Numbered from the stretch's first letter, positions 1 to 8,954 are shown. The stretch: DNA of 64,000 nucleotides from a virus (IMGVR_UViG_3300031525_000009:533-64532); one strand, 5' to 3'. The notes: generated by a model not told the origin, from the sequence alone. Made by a program: numbers and translations.

Positions 1-84
1 ACCGCCTGTCGCAAGGCCCACCGTGCCACCTCCCCAGTTGTGATGACCCTTGGTTGTTCGGGTTGAATCTTTGAAACCTGACAT
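1..84 (-). CDS. Small Gly-rich late protein, 5' part only (runs off the window)
   Basis: AGGAG RBS, then ATG at 84; reads MSGFKDSTRTTKGHHNWGGGTVGLATGG to the edge; not in the ORF track. Confidence 0.55.
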   Translation of the reverse strand, partial: MSGFKDSTRTTKGHHNWGGGTVGLATGG

Positions 85-96
85 AAATGCTCCTGG

Positions 97-2064
97 TTAC
101 GCGAGGTTGAACAACCCGTAAATAATGACGCTAAGCTGTTGCGGGGTTAGTTTACAACGCAGATAACTACAATTTCCAGGCGTCGCAGTCCACAGGTTGT
201 TGCCTGAGCCATCGATAGTCACTGTACCGCTTGTGCCGCCATAATCGAAGATTGAGCCGACCCCGCCGCTCAATAAGTACAACAGAGGCAAAGAATCCCA
301 GCTTCCGCGTTGCCCGTTGGTCAGGTCCGTGGAGAGATTCCAAATATACTGTAGAATGTTCCCCGTCACCGCAGTAGCGTTATAGTACGGAGAGCTGGAA
401 GACAGTGGGCTGGCGGGAGAGTAATCCCCCATCTCCACCCCCACTATTGTGATAGGCACCGGCCAGTTAGAGAACACGTTCTGACTAGCCGCGATATCCG
501 TCAGGCAATTAAATTCGGGGGTAGATTGAAACGCGTTCAGTAAATTACTAGGCCACCGGCCCGCCCCAACAACCAACCCTGTAGTGGCTTGGGAGATGAG
601 CTGAGACCCCGTTAAGGGGCTGATGCTGTCTGCGGCAGAGTTCAAAAGCGCCGACAGATTAGTAAAGTACCCATTACCAACAATGACGGCCTTGGTGCCG
701 GAAGCAATGTTGTTAGCCAACGCGCGGCGCAGGATTGTTACGGGGATATTACCCGCCGCTCCGAAGGAAGCTTGGGTATACGCTGCCGTCCCCCACGCGG
801 CGGCTACCGTTTGCGCCTGAAAATGGTTCGTTACGACCAAACTAGCTTGATTCATCCCCAGCGGAATATTGCCCCGGCCGTAGTAGTTGTTGATGGCCTG
901 CACCACTGCAGCGGAGTAGTTGAACCCGTCCACTACAGTCATGGCTTGGATAGTCCATAACCCTAAATTAGCCCCCCGATGCAGAAAGGCGTATCCCATC
1001 AGATTATCAGAGTCATCCGCACAATCGTCGTCGTAGATGATGTTCAACGGGTAGACCAGGGGCTTCAACTGCGGCACCCCCATACCTAACCCGTGTAGAT
1101 ACGCAATCTCACTCGTAGACAATTGAGACGTGAAAACCGCTAACTCGTCAATGTTCCCGTGGAAGGCGGATGGGGATGCAGCATTCTGCCGTCCAAGGTT
1201 GACCGCTACGGCAGAGCTGACACTGTCGGCGCCGAGCAGCGCGCTGATTGAGGTGGTATCCAACAACCCGTTTACTTGTATGGAAATGCCATTATTAGCG
1301 CTCGCAGCATTACCGTTAAACGACACTGCAATAAAGTAAGTACTGGTGTTCAACAGATCCGCAGAGGACGTACATTGGTTGAAATGCGCGGCATTCGTCA
1401 AGCTACACATCGTCACCTTGACAACAGTCTTAACTGTCGTCCAAGAAAGGCCTATAGAAATGCCTCCATAGTTGTTAGCCGAATCGCGATTTGACCACAC
1501 AATGTAATCAGTGGCGCCACCGCTGCGGGTAACCGCAGGGTGGACTGCAAACATCACGGTCCAAGGAGTCGCAACGGAAGGTGACCAAATCGCACTAGCC
1601 GCTACGAAGCACGCACTCGTATTGAAAAAATAGCTGGGGTCGCAGTCCGGATTACTTACTAGCGCGGGGTTAATCAGGCCAAGACCGCCGCCGGGTAAAA
1701 GCCCGGGTTGCTGATAATTGGCTGCTATCGTGTTGGTAGCGGTAAGAACTACACCGCCTTTAAGATCAGTAATGTTGGGGGTAGTGTTGGACGGTATGGA
1801 TTGTTCTGTGCAACGCCAAAGCCACTGCAGTGTTGGGTTGCTCAAAAGTCTATCGACGTACGGGCCGTACAGCAGGTTTCCTTGTCCGTCAACGAACTGC
1901 ACCCCGTCAGTGTAGACGGCTTTCATAGCCGAAGAACTGACTAACAGCGCAGGTTGTTTAGAAGTGGTTTTAAGTGACGTGCCGACTACGGAGGCGACGG
2001 CCGCGTTAAGGCTGGGACTAGCTGCCCCGCCAATAGTCCCAGGTCCCTCAACTGGATTACTCAT
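97..2064 (-). CDS. LamG/concanavalin-like domain fused to a C-terminal nucleoside-hydrolase-fold domain; probable virion-associated protein
   Basis: LamG-type 'YFIAVSFNG..IQVNG..LGRQ..FHGNIDELAVFTSQLSTSEI'; IU-NH-type 'IIYDDDCADDSDN', 'GYFTNLSALL', 'EFN', 'SWD'. Confidence 0.7.
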   Translation of the reverse strand: MSNPVEGPGTIGGAASPSLNAAVASVVGTSLKTTSKQPALLVSSSAMKAVYTDGVQFVDGQGNLLYGPYVDRLLSNPTLQWLWRCTEQSIPSNTTPNITDLKGGVVLTATNTIAANYQQPGLLPGGGLGLINPALVSNPDCDPSYFFNTSACFVAASAIWSPSVATPWTVMFAVHPAVTRSGGATDYIVWSNRDSANNYGGISIGLSWTTVKTVVKVTMCSLTNAAHFNQCTSSADLLNTSTYFIAVSFNGNAASANNGISIQVNGLLDTTSISALLGADSVSSAVAVNLGRQNAASPSAFHGNIDELAVFTSQLSTSEIAYLHGLGMGVPQLKPLVYPLNIIYDDDCADDSDNLMGYAFLHRGANLGLWTIQAMTVVDGFNYSAAVVQAINNYYGRGNIPLGMNQASLVVTNHFQAQTVAAAWGTAAYTQASFGAAGNIPVTILRRALANNIASGTKAVIVGNGYFTNLSALLNSAADSISPLTGSQLISQATTGLVVGAGRWPSNLLNAFQSTPEFNCLTDIAASQNVFSNWPVPITIVGVEMGDYSPASPLSSSSPYYNATAVTGNILQYIWNLSTDLTNGQRGSWDSLPLLYLLSGGVGSIFDYGGTSGTVTIDGSGNNLWTATPGNCSYLRCKLTPQQLSVIIYGLFNLA

Positions 2065-2693
2065 TACGTCAACCCTGACTGCACCACTAAGAGTTTGGCA
2101 GTTCCTGTGCCGGAGTTAGTAAGGATGCGCACCGCACGCGTCGGGGCGATCAGCGTTCCATTCGCATTAGCCGACTGCGCTGTCAGAGCACTATGGTTGA
2201 TCCAATTGAACGGCCCTGGAGCGCCTCCAAAAACATCGTCAAAGGTGTACTGAACCGTGTAATTGAGTGCCCCCGTCAGCTCAACTGCTAAATTCACGTT
2301 GTACGTCGTGATGTACAGGTCTAGCGGGATCTCTTGCGAAGCCCCCGTTGCCAGCGTATCGGCCGTGACGTTGGTCCCCACGGCTGCACTGACCGCAATA
2401 CTCGTGATCGTCTTGTAATTGAGGACAGAAGAAACGGTGCTGGCGTTGGGGCCGGCGAGCACCTCACTGATGACCCGCCCCTGCTGATCCGTCCCGGTCA
2501 ACGTAAAATTGACGGCCGACAGGTTACCCGCGGACGTAATGCCCACAGTCCGCTGGGTGTCCAACGTTGCGATCCCGCCAGAAGCGAGGGTGCCGTTGAT
2601 GAGCAGATTCCCTGCTCCTGCAGTCGTTTGTGCGGCTGCAATAGCGCCGACTACCGCAGCGACCAAAGCCCTGATTTGAGTGACGGGACGCAT
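2064..2693 (-). CDS. Putative virion structural protein (beta-rich)
   Basis: 209 aa, T/A/G/V-rich, coupled to neighbours in the head operon. Confidence 0.6.
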   Translation of the reverse strand: MRPVTQIRALVAAVVGAIAAAQTTAGAGNLLINGTLASGGIATLDTQRTVGITSAGNLSAVNFTLTGTDQQGRVISEVLAGPNASTVSSVLNYKTITSIAVSAAVGTNVTADTLATGASQEIPLDLYITTYNVNLAVELTGALNYTVQYTFDDVFGGAPGPFNWINHSALTAQSANANGTLIAPTRAVRILTNSGTGTAKLLVVQSGLT

Positions 2694-2700
2694 GGTTACC

Positions 2701-3492
2701 TCAGAACGGAGGCGTCTGCAGGAAGTTGGTACGTTCTTTCAATCCATACCAATAATCCACTTGCAGCGCGCGGGCAGCCGCAGTAGACGCACTAACGCCG
2801 GAGAGGAACGCAAGGAGCGTAGCCCCGGGGAAGTTCACAGGGGCGGGGATAGAACCCCGTGCGTTCGCTGTCAAGCCCGAGACGAGCGGGTAAGGCGGTG
2901 GCGCGCACTCCCACACAATGACCCCGTTGGGGGAATGGGGCGCATAAATGCCCCCGTCCCAGTACCACCCTAGCGTTGCGAAGTTGCCCCCAATGAGGCT
3001 CACCCCACACGCAATCGTGGTCACTACCCCAGCTACCGCAACGTTGATGCTGAGCGCCCCAGTGTTGGTCGTAGAGAACCACACTCCATCCGTAAGCTGT
3101 CCGCCAGTAAACGGCGTGGCAGTAACGTTTGTCATCCCCGCGAGCACCAACCCTAGGATATTATCCACAGATATCAATTGGCGAAAAAACCCGCGTAACC
3201 CTTTCACAATGGAGAAATGGCCCTGCTTTTGCAGTGAGGTAGGCTGTGACGCTACCGTGTTGATGCTGATAACCCCGCCATCTACCGCAGGTTGCGTAAC
3301 CGTGCCTGCACCGCCGCTAGAAAGAGTAAAACCACCTGTGGTCCCCGGCGCAGTAGGGCCGAAATAATCATCAAAATCCTGAAAATAATTGTGGTTCTTG
3401 GTCCAGTCGTCTACCGGCTGGTCCGAGAACAACTCAGTATCGCGGGTGTTGTTCCACCCGAACTGCGTGCGGCTGACTGCAACATCAAACAT
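2701..3492 (-). CDS. Putative virion structural protein
   Basis: Likely start MFDVAV at 3492 after a GAGG RBS; 'YFQDFDDY' motif; downstream of the capsid gene. Confidence 0.55.
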   Translation of the reverse strand: MFDVAVSRTQFGWNNTRDTELFSDQPVDDWTKNHNYFQDFDDYFGPTAPGTTGGFTLSSGGAGTVTQPAVDGGVISINTVASQPTSLQKQGHFSIVKGLRGFFRQLISVDNILGLVLAGMTNVTATPFTGGQLTDGVWFSTTNTGALSINVAVAGVVTTIACGVSLIGGNFATLGWYWDGGIYAPHSPNGVIVWECAPPPYPLVSGLTANARGSIPAPVNFPGATLLAFLSGVSASTAAARALQVDYWYGLKERTNFLQTPPF

Positions 3493-3503
3493 GGTCAATA
3501 CCT

Positions 3504-3788
3504 CTAGTAGAATTCCATGAAGGACACAAGGCCCTTGCCGCCGATTGCGATGGCCCAAACTGCATCCTGAGTCGGCAGATCATAGTTGATCCCGCCTGCA
3601 TTGGTCCCGAACGGCGGGTAACCCGTAGTGGCTCCTACAGACGTGTCCGCAATCAAAACCGGTACACTACTCGCCAACGTCAACTTACTGCGCGTAGACA
3701 GCGCCGGCCGGATCTGCACCGCAGCCGATGGCGTCACCACTATCTGCCCGGTAGCAATCAGCGGGGAGGTGTCAGTAATGGATGCCAT
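3504..3788 (-). CDS. Small putative structural protein
   Basis: 94 aa beta-rich ORF directly after the capsid gene. Confidence 0.55.
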   Translation of the reverse strand: MASITDTSPLIATGQIVVTPSAAVQIRPALSTRSKLTLASSVPVLIADTSVGATTGYPPFGTNAGGINYDLPTQDAVWAIAIGGKGLVSFMEFY

Positions 3789-3800
3789 CAGCTACCCGGC

Positions 3801-3881
3801 GAAGCGCCCCGCGCGAGACATAGCGACCGTGCGCAGAGGACGAGTCCACGCAGGGGGGCTAAGCGTAACGCGGGGCGCCTC
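3801..3881 (-). other. Stem-loop downstream of the major capsid gene
   Basis: 13-bp inverted repeat 3801-3813/3869-3881; one G-U pair only on the minus-strand transcript. Confidence 0.5.
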
Positions 3882-3902
3882 ATAACTGACTACGGGACGA
3901 CT

Positions 3903-4823
3903 CTACAGGCCAGGGGTTCCAAAAAGACACCGAGGGTCTGTGAACGAGGGTATATAGCGTTCTGTCGCCTTGTAGCGCATGGAATCAGTTTCGAAGTCCC
4001 CTTCCATGCTCTTCTCCAGCGTGCGACGCATGGCGAGCTTCAACCCCTGGCGCACGTCAGTCTGCACAAACCACGCAGTCTGCGAGGTGAGCCGCGCAAT
4101 GTTGGCCTGCCCCTTCGGCAACAGCCCCAGAGACTTGATCGGGTTCACATCGTTGTTGGCCGTGCCCGCCCGCAGAACGCTCTTCAAGAGCACCTCACCC
4201 TGCATCACGTTCGAGGGGGACGTGACGAGCTGCAGCGGCGTTAAGCGGATGCGCTTACCGTTGTTGTCCACCGCGTTACGCACCTGGATGAGCATCTGCT
4301 CCAGCGACGTTTGTGAGAGTGCCGCAGCAGTCGTGAGCTGATTCGAGAACGTACCCGCAGGAGGTGCCAGGGGGTGGTTGGTCGCAATCAGTGCGACACC
4401 ATCGCCGCCCGGAAAAGCCGCATTGAAACCGTTATTCAATACGTTTGCACACAGAGTCTCTTTCGTCTCAACGAGGGATTGCGCCAAGTGCTCCGCGTAT
4501 ATGGTGCCGATCTTGATGTGATCGCCGTCTTCCACCAACACCTTGGTGAGCGCGAAAGCCAAACCGAACACCGCGTACAGGTAGCGCTGAATGAACAACA
4601 CGCCGCCTGACTGGTACGTGACGGGCGTGCCGTCCGGCAGTGCAGGCGCTGCACCCATGCCAAAGAGCACGGGCTCTTCATGGTAGTTGCGCGGTGTACC
4701 GCGGAACTCGCGGAAGATCATTTTCCATTCATCAGCGCGCTGGTCATAGATGCCGTCGAAAGTCTCGTTGAGGATCGGCTCAACGACTGAGCGGAAGTCG
4801 GTACTCCGCATGGGAAGGGCCAT
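3903..4823 (-). CDS. Major capsid protein (Mu gpT-like, HK97 fold)
   Basis: 306 aa; 'GDGVALIATNHP', 'LSQTSLEQMLI', 'AWFVQTD', 'EGDFETDSMRYKATERY..DPR' typical of this capsid family; AGGAG RBS. Confidence 0.88.
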   Translation of the reverse strand: MALPMRSTDFRSVVEPILNETFDGIYDQRADEWKMIFREFRGTPRNYHEEPVLFGMGAAPALPDGTPVTYQSGGVLFIQRYLYAVFGLAFALTKVLVEDGDHIKIGTIYAEHLAQSLVETKETLCANVLNNGFNAAFPGGDGVALIATNHPLAPPAGTFSNQLTTAAALSQTSLEQMLIQVRNAVDNNGKRIRLTPLQLVTSPSNVMQGEVLLKSVLRAGTANNDVNPIKSLGLLPKGQANIARLTSQTAWFVQTDVRQGLKLAMRRTLEKSMEGDFETDSMRYKATERYIPSFTDPRCLFGTPGL

Positions 4824-4859
4824 AGTAGTTCTCCTGTGGCGTTAGGTTGCGGAGTGGGT

Positions 4860-5531
4860 TTAGTACGAGACGCCGGGCAGCGGCAGGTCTTGATGCAGAG
4901 CAATCTCGACGATCACCTGCGTGAACAAATCAGCAGGGTTGTTGTCGATCTGCTGTGCAAAACCTACAATGCGAAGTTGGTTGAGGTTAGTGGAAGGCGG
5001 AACCACTAAGCTATTCGCAGTAGTAACGTCCACCGCAACCGTAGAGAACCCCGTCACCGCGTTTCCGTTGGCTGAGCCGTTGGTGCTGAATGACACCAAA
5101 TTGCCCATGGACGTTGCGGGTACTGGGCCGTTAGCTTGCGCTTGGTATCGGATGCGCGGGTCACGCGTGATCCATGCGACCGTTTGGCTGTTCGCAAACG
5201 GTACCGTAGCCGCCGGCCAGAAATTGGAAACCGTACGTCGGCCGGTAGCAAGGGTGAACTCTACCCCTTGAAATGAACCCAACAGTTTCATCGCATTGGT
5301 TATGCTGCCGGAAGCGAGCCCCGCTCCTTGTGCAGCCACCAGCACAATGTTGGACGTAGGAGTCGCTACGTCAACGCCTATCGGCGCATTCAGAAAGATG
5401 TTGTTGGCGTAGCCGCTCGCGATGGTATACCCACCAAGAGGCTGACCCCCGCCAGAGCCGAACGCAGGCCGGACTACGCCGGATTCGTGAGCAACGGGCG
5501 CCAGCCCGTACGGAGCAAGAATGAGTGACAC
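4860..5531 (-). CDS. Putative capsid-associated/decoration protein
   Basis: 'APYGLAPV..YTIASGYANNIF..GSFQGVEF..DPRIRYQAQ', a pattern usually seen just upstream of this capsid type. Confidence 0.6.
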   Translation of the reverse strand: MSLILAPYGLAPVAHESGVVRPAFGSGGGQPLGGYTIASGYANNIFLNAPIGVDVATPTSNIVLVAAQGAGLASGSITNAMKLLGSFQGVEFTLATGRRTVSNFWPAATVPFANSQTVAWITRDPRIRYQAQANGPVPATSMGNLVSFSTNGSANGNAVTGFSTVAVDVTTANSLVVPPSTNLNQLRIVGFAQQIDNNPADLFTQVIVEIALHQDLPLPGVSY

Positions 5532-5563
5532 GGTGAGAGCCTCACAGATGAGAGAGTCATCCG

Positions 5564-6142
5564 TTAGCCCTCCAACTCTTCGGATTCGCAGAAGTTGGGG
5601 GCATCACGGGCCTGTCCCAAATCTTCTGTGCCAGGGTCTACCTGCGGCGCACGCATCTTGCCGCCACGACGCGCAGCCTGTGCTGCGACTTCTCCCGTCT
5701 GAAGAGCCTCGTTGTAGATGCTCTCTTCATTGCGGGCGGGTTCGTTGTGGTGCAGCTCTTCCATGAACAGTTGGTACGTACTCAAGGGGAGTTTCATCCC
5801 CACCATCTCACGCCACGTCACGACCCCGGGGAAGTCCGCTGACTTCTGATCGGTGTAGGTGAACTCGGGCACTTCGGCCCGCGTGATGAAGGTATACCCC
5901 AACTGCTCACGCCCTTGTGGCGTATCGGAAGGATGCGTTGTGGACACCCAGCAGACATGATAGCCAGGAATCCGCGGTAAATTAGGCAAAGAAGACTGGA
6001 AATTTGCACGCTTCAACAGTTCCACGCGCTCACCATCAGTCAACTGCCTGCGCTGCGTAATCGCACGATCTGACATCGCGCGATCTTCGCGGCTGGCTGC
6101 ATCCTTCCGGATTCGTCTAATCGGTTGTCTTGGGTTTGCCAT
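5564..6142 (-). CDS. Conserved head-module hypothetical protein
   Basis: 'LPRIPGYHVCWVSTT..LGYTF'; between scaffold and capsid genes. Confidence 0.6.
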   Translation of the reverse strand: MANPRQPIRRIRKDAASREDRAMSDRAITQRRQLTDGERVELLKRANFQSSLPNLPRIPGYHVCWVSTTHPSDTPQGREQLGYTFITRAEVPEFTYTDQKSADFPGVVTWREMVGMKLPLSTYQLFMEELHHNEPARNEESIYNEALQTGEVAAQAARRGGKMRAPQVDPGTEDLGQARDAPNFCESEELEG

Positions 6143-6154
6143 AGGTGCTCTCGG

Positions 6155-7231
6155 TTACTTCGGGCGCCGTCCGGCTTCGCGATCGTATCTCGCGTAATAT
6201 TCGAGTTGTCGTTTACGGGCTACGGGGTCATCCCATATCCCTTTCTCAATCATGGCCGCTTTGCGGTCCTCGTCGATGTACACCTCGCCTTTGACCAAGG
6301 TGCGCTCACGGCCACCCACTTTGATCGTAGGGCCAGTCGCACGGCGGGGCGCGCCATTCGATTTTCCGTTGCCGTTCACGCGACGAGTACGCGAGGCGGG
6401 TTCGTCATCCTCGTCGTCCTGTCCGTGCCCGTTGGCGTAACGCTCAGGCAGGCGCTTAGCGAGTCGCCGGTCGACTTCTTCCCAATACGCCTCCGTGCTG
6501 GGGTGCAAGCGACCTTCCCCGAAGAGGCGCCCTTCGACTGCCTTTACGATCGCAGAGTCCTCGTCACGTCCTGCCGGGTCAAACCACGCATGCTCGCGCT
6601 GCCACTCTTGTGCACGGCGGGCAATCGTAGGGTCTTGTGGGGGCTGCTGCGTCGCTTCCCGCTGTCGAGCCTGCCCATTCTGTACGGTCTGCTGCTTGAC
6701 CGTCTGGTACTGCCGCAACCCCTCACGGAGCTCGTCACGGACGCGCAAAGCTTCCGCGATAGCGCCCTCGTCGCCGGACTTGACCGCTTGGGCGAACAGG
6801 GATTCCGCTTCCCGCACCTGCTCTTGGGCAGTCGCAATGCGGCCATCAATCGCAATGACGTCGCTTTGGGTCTGACGCGACTCTACCGCGGCCATCCGCT
6901 GAGAGTACCCCCGCTCCAGGTGCTCATTGCGGTGGCGCAGAAACGCGTTCTCACGCTCAGTACGCTCAAACTTCTCGCGACGCTTGCGGCGCTTCTTCTG
7001 CTCGCGACTGAGGGGCTGCCCATCTGCAGGCGCATCTGGGTCTTCCTCTGCGTGCCCCGTGCGCTCCTCACGGTTGGGGTCTTCCTCACCCCCCTCTTCG
7101 TCGGCGTAGCGATAATCCTCACCCGCACCTTCGTTGACGGGTTGCTGCTCGCCAGGGGGCGCGTCATCATCGTCCGCGCCAGGGCCGACGATCGTTAAAG
7201 CTTCTTCAGTGTTGGTTTTGGTATCTGCCAT
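6155..7231 (-). CDS. Capsid scaffolding protein (putative)
   Basis: Acidic N-terminus, long coiled coil, 'AQEWQREHAWF', 'YWEEVDRRL'; lies between portal and capsid. Confidence 0.7.
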   Translation of the reverse strand: MADTKTNTEEALTIVGPGADDDDAPPGEQQPVNEGAGEDYRYADEEGGEEDPNREERTGHAEEDPDAPADGQPLSREQKKRRKRREKFERTERENAFLRHRNEHLERGYSQRMAAVESRQTQSDVIAIDGRIATAQEQVREAESLFAQAVKSGDEGAIAEALRVRDELREGLRQYQTVKQQTVQNGQARQREATQQPPQDPTIARRAQEWQREHAWFDPAGRDEDSAIVKAVEGRLFGEGRLHPSTEAYWEEVDRRLAKRLPERYANGHGQDDEDDEPASRTRRVNGNGKSNGAPRRATGPTIKVGGRERTLVKGEVYIDEDRKAAMIEKGIWDDPVARKRQLEYYARYDREAGRRPK

Positions 7232-7286
7232 GTAGTAGCCGGACGCATAACGTCATCACGACGTGTTGCTCCGCCTTCTGTCGTCC

Positions 7287-7820
7287 TCAGATGTACGCCA
7301 CCATATCGAGAACCTTGTCGTCCGGAATCCGCCCTTTCATGACGAGATCGTCGAACAGCACAAACAACGCCTTACCGTCTTCAGAACCCGGCACGTCTAC
7401 CCACCAGCGGTCACCGCCATACTTAGGCACCCGCACATAATCCCCGACCTTGCACCACGGGCCTTCAGGCCACGCCTGCAAAGTCTCTCGATTGCAGAAC
7501 GCGACCGGTCCCGTAGCAACTACTTTCGCTACCTGCATATTCCACAGGTCCGTCTCGCGCGACTCCTCAGGCAAGTACAACCCGCCCTTGGTTCGCCGCT
7601 TGGGCGTACGGATCTGCACCAGCACATCCTGCCCGAACGGAATCAACCCCGGGTCTGCCTCGGGGAAAGCTTCTTCCAACGAATCGTACTGGATAGCCGA
7701 CTTCGCGAACTTCGCAATCGCAACGTGTTCGAGCTGCTCCGGCGACACCTCGCGATTAGCGGGGATGCCAAAACCGTCTCGTTTTTCACGCCTTGCTGCG
7801 ATGTCGTCCGCCATCTGCAT
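7287..7820 (-). CDS. groES: GroES/Cpn10-like co-chaperonin
   Basis: 'PFGQDVLVQ..KRRTKGGLYLP..AKVVATGP..CKVGDYVRVPKYGG..LFDDLV' matches the Cpn10 pattern; N-terminal extension. Confidence 0.85.
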   Translation of the reverse strand: MQMADDIAARREKRDGFGIPANREVSPEQLEHVAIAKFAKSAIQYDSLEEAFPEADPGLIPFGQDVLVQIRTPKRRTKGGLYLPEESRETDLWNMQVAKVVATGPVAFCNRETLQAWPEGPWCKVGDYVRVPKYGGDRWWVDVPGSEDGKALFVLFDDLVMKGRIPDDKVLDMVAYI

Positions 7821-8007
7821 CCTTCTCGGGTTCGTTCAAAATCCGTTGCAACAGCGCTTCTGCTAACCGCAGGCCCTCTAGGCGTCCAACAGCTTTCCCG
7901 TACTCGAAGGCAGGATCTTTGCCTTCCGTCATACCTTCTAAGCTCTCGGTCGCCACTTGGGCGCGATACGCTCCCAACTCACCGATGTAACGATCTAAAA
8001 CGGACAC
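7786..8007 (-). CDS. Small hypothetical protein
   Basis: 'FEYGKAVGRLEGLRLAE' helical motif; upstream of GroES. Confidence 0.6.
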   Translation of the reverse strand: MSVLDRYIGELGAYRAQVATESLEGMTEGKDPAFEYGKAVGRLEGLRLAEALLQRILNEPEKDADGGRHRSKA

Positions 8008-8036
8008 GCTAAGGCTTTGAAGAAAAAAGTCAAGCG

Positions 8037-8411
8037 CTATAGACGGTTACGCGTCCCGCCCGTGCTGTGTCCACCAACCCCTTCGTGCTTCTCGTGGCCC
8101 CCGCCTGTCTCGATGTGTTCGGTACGCATTCCCGAGACGTGCTCGGACGTATTTTTCCCTTCATGAACAAGGGAATGCACGCTGCCCGAGTGCCCCGCAT
8201 GGCCGGTGTGCCCCGTGCCTGGATCCGTATGGTGTTCGTGGGGTCCGCGGTGTCCGTGCTTGCCGTGCCCGTGGTGTTCGCCGTGCTTCATCGAATGCCC
8301 TCCGGTGGAGTGAGAGACTGAGCCGCCCTTCGCGTAGCCGTCCGCATGCCCGGTCTGCGCCATCTGCTGATGCTTGCTGATCGGGCCTGAGCTGTACGGA
8401 TCTTTCGGCAT
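8037..8411 (-). CDS. His/Gly-rich low-complexity protein
   Basis: ATG 8411 after GAGGT; 23 His in 124 aa; contains YAKGGSV. Confidence 0.65.
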   Translation of the reverse strand: MPKDPYSSGPISKHQQMAQTGHADGYAKGGSVSHSTGGHSMKHGEHHGHGKHGHRGPHEHHTDPGTGHTGHAGHSGSVHSLVHEGKNTSEHVSGMRTEHIETGGGHEKHEGVGGHSTGGTRNRL

Positions 8412-8472
8412 GGGTTTAACCTCGCGCGAGTGGGGTGTCCCGCGCGAGCGTAGCCGTTTCAACCGCAGAAAG

Positions 8473-8676
8473 CTATTTCCCAGCCCCCGTGACATGATCG
8501 CGTGCCCAAAACCCCGCTTGCTGCATGTTGGTTACCGCAAGCGCCAACTCGCGGCTCTGCCCGATCTTGCGGCAGGCTAGGATGAAATCCTCCTCCAAGC
8601 TCTTCAGCTCCGTAAGCTGCAACTGCTGCTCGTAAGACAGCGGTTTGGGTTGGTTGCGAGTCGCTTCGTCGGTCAT
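8473..8676 (-). CDS. Acb2/Tad1-like helical-hairpin protein (candidate nucleotide sponge)
   Basis: 'LSYEQQLQLTELKSLEEDFI..SRELALAVTNMQQAGFWARDHV' resembles the family's SRE.SLA.T.LE.A..WA pattern; ATGA overlap. Confidence 0.55.
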   Translation of the reverse strand: MTDEATRNQPKPLSYEQQLQLTELKSLEEDFILACRKIGQSRELALAVTNMQQAGFWARDHVTGAGK

Positions 8677-8954
8677 AAAATCCCCCAATCATCCGCAAGC
8701 AGATCCGCCTGATTCGCAAGCCAACCCATTTGGATCTCCCCCGTCGCGGTTTTCATCGTAATACAGGGGAGCACAGTTGCCACACCGCCAGGTTGCCCAT
8801 TGGCGAAGTCTTTGTTGGGGGGTGCCCAAAAGCTAGCGGCGGGCAAAGCCTGCACTCCAGGGGAATACGCCAGCCACATCCCCTTGCCGTTCCACCCAAT
8901 ACGAGCAACCCGCTTGCCCGCTTTCAACGCGGTAACCGCTTCTCCGATGTTCAT
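8673..8954 (-). CDS. DUF2829 / Tad2-like protein (candidate nucleotide sponge)
   Basis: 'MNIGEAVTALKAGKRVARIGWNGKGMWL..PCITMKTATG..GWLANQADLLADDW' is the DUF2829 signature. Confidence 0.8.
   Translation of the reverse strand: MNIGEAVTALKAGKRVARIGWNGKGMWLAYSPGVQALPAASFWAPPNKDFANGQPGGVATVLPCITMKTATGEIQMGWLANQADLLADDWGIL

Noticed and set aside
6125-7198. Long opposite-strand ORFs (also 60778-61722, 32817-33647, 9032-9883)
   Set aside because: Shadow ORFs of GC-rich genes with no recognisable motifs
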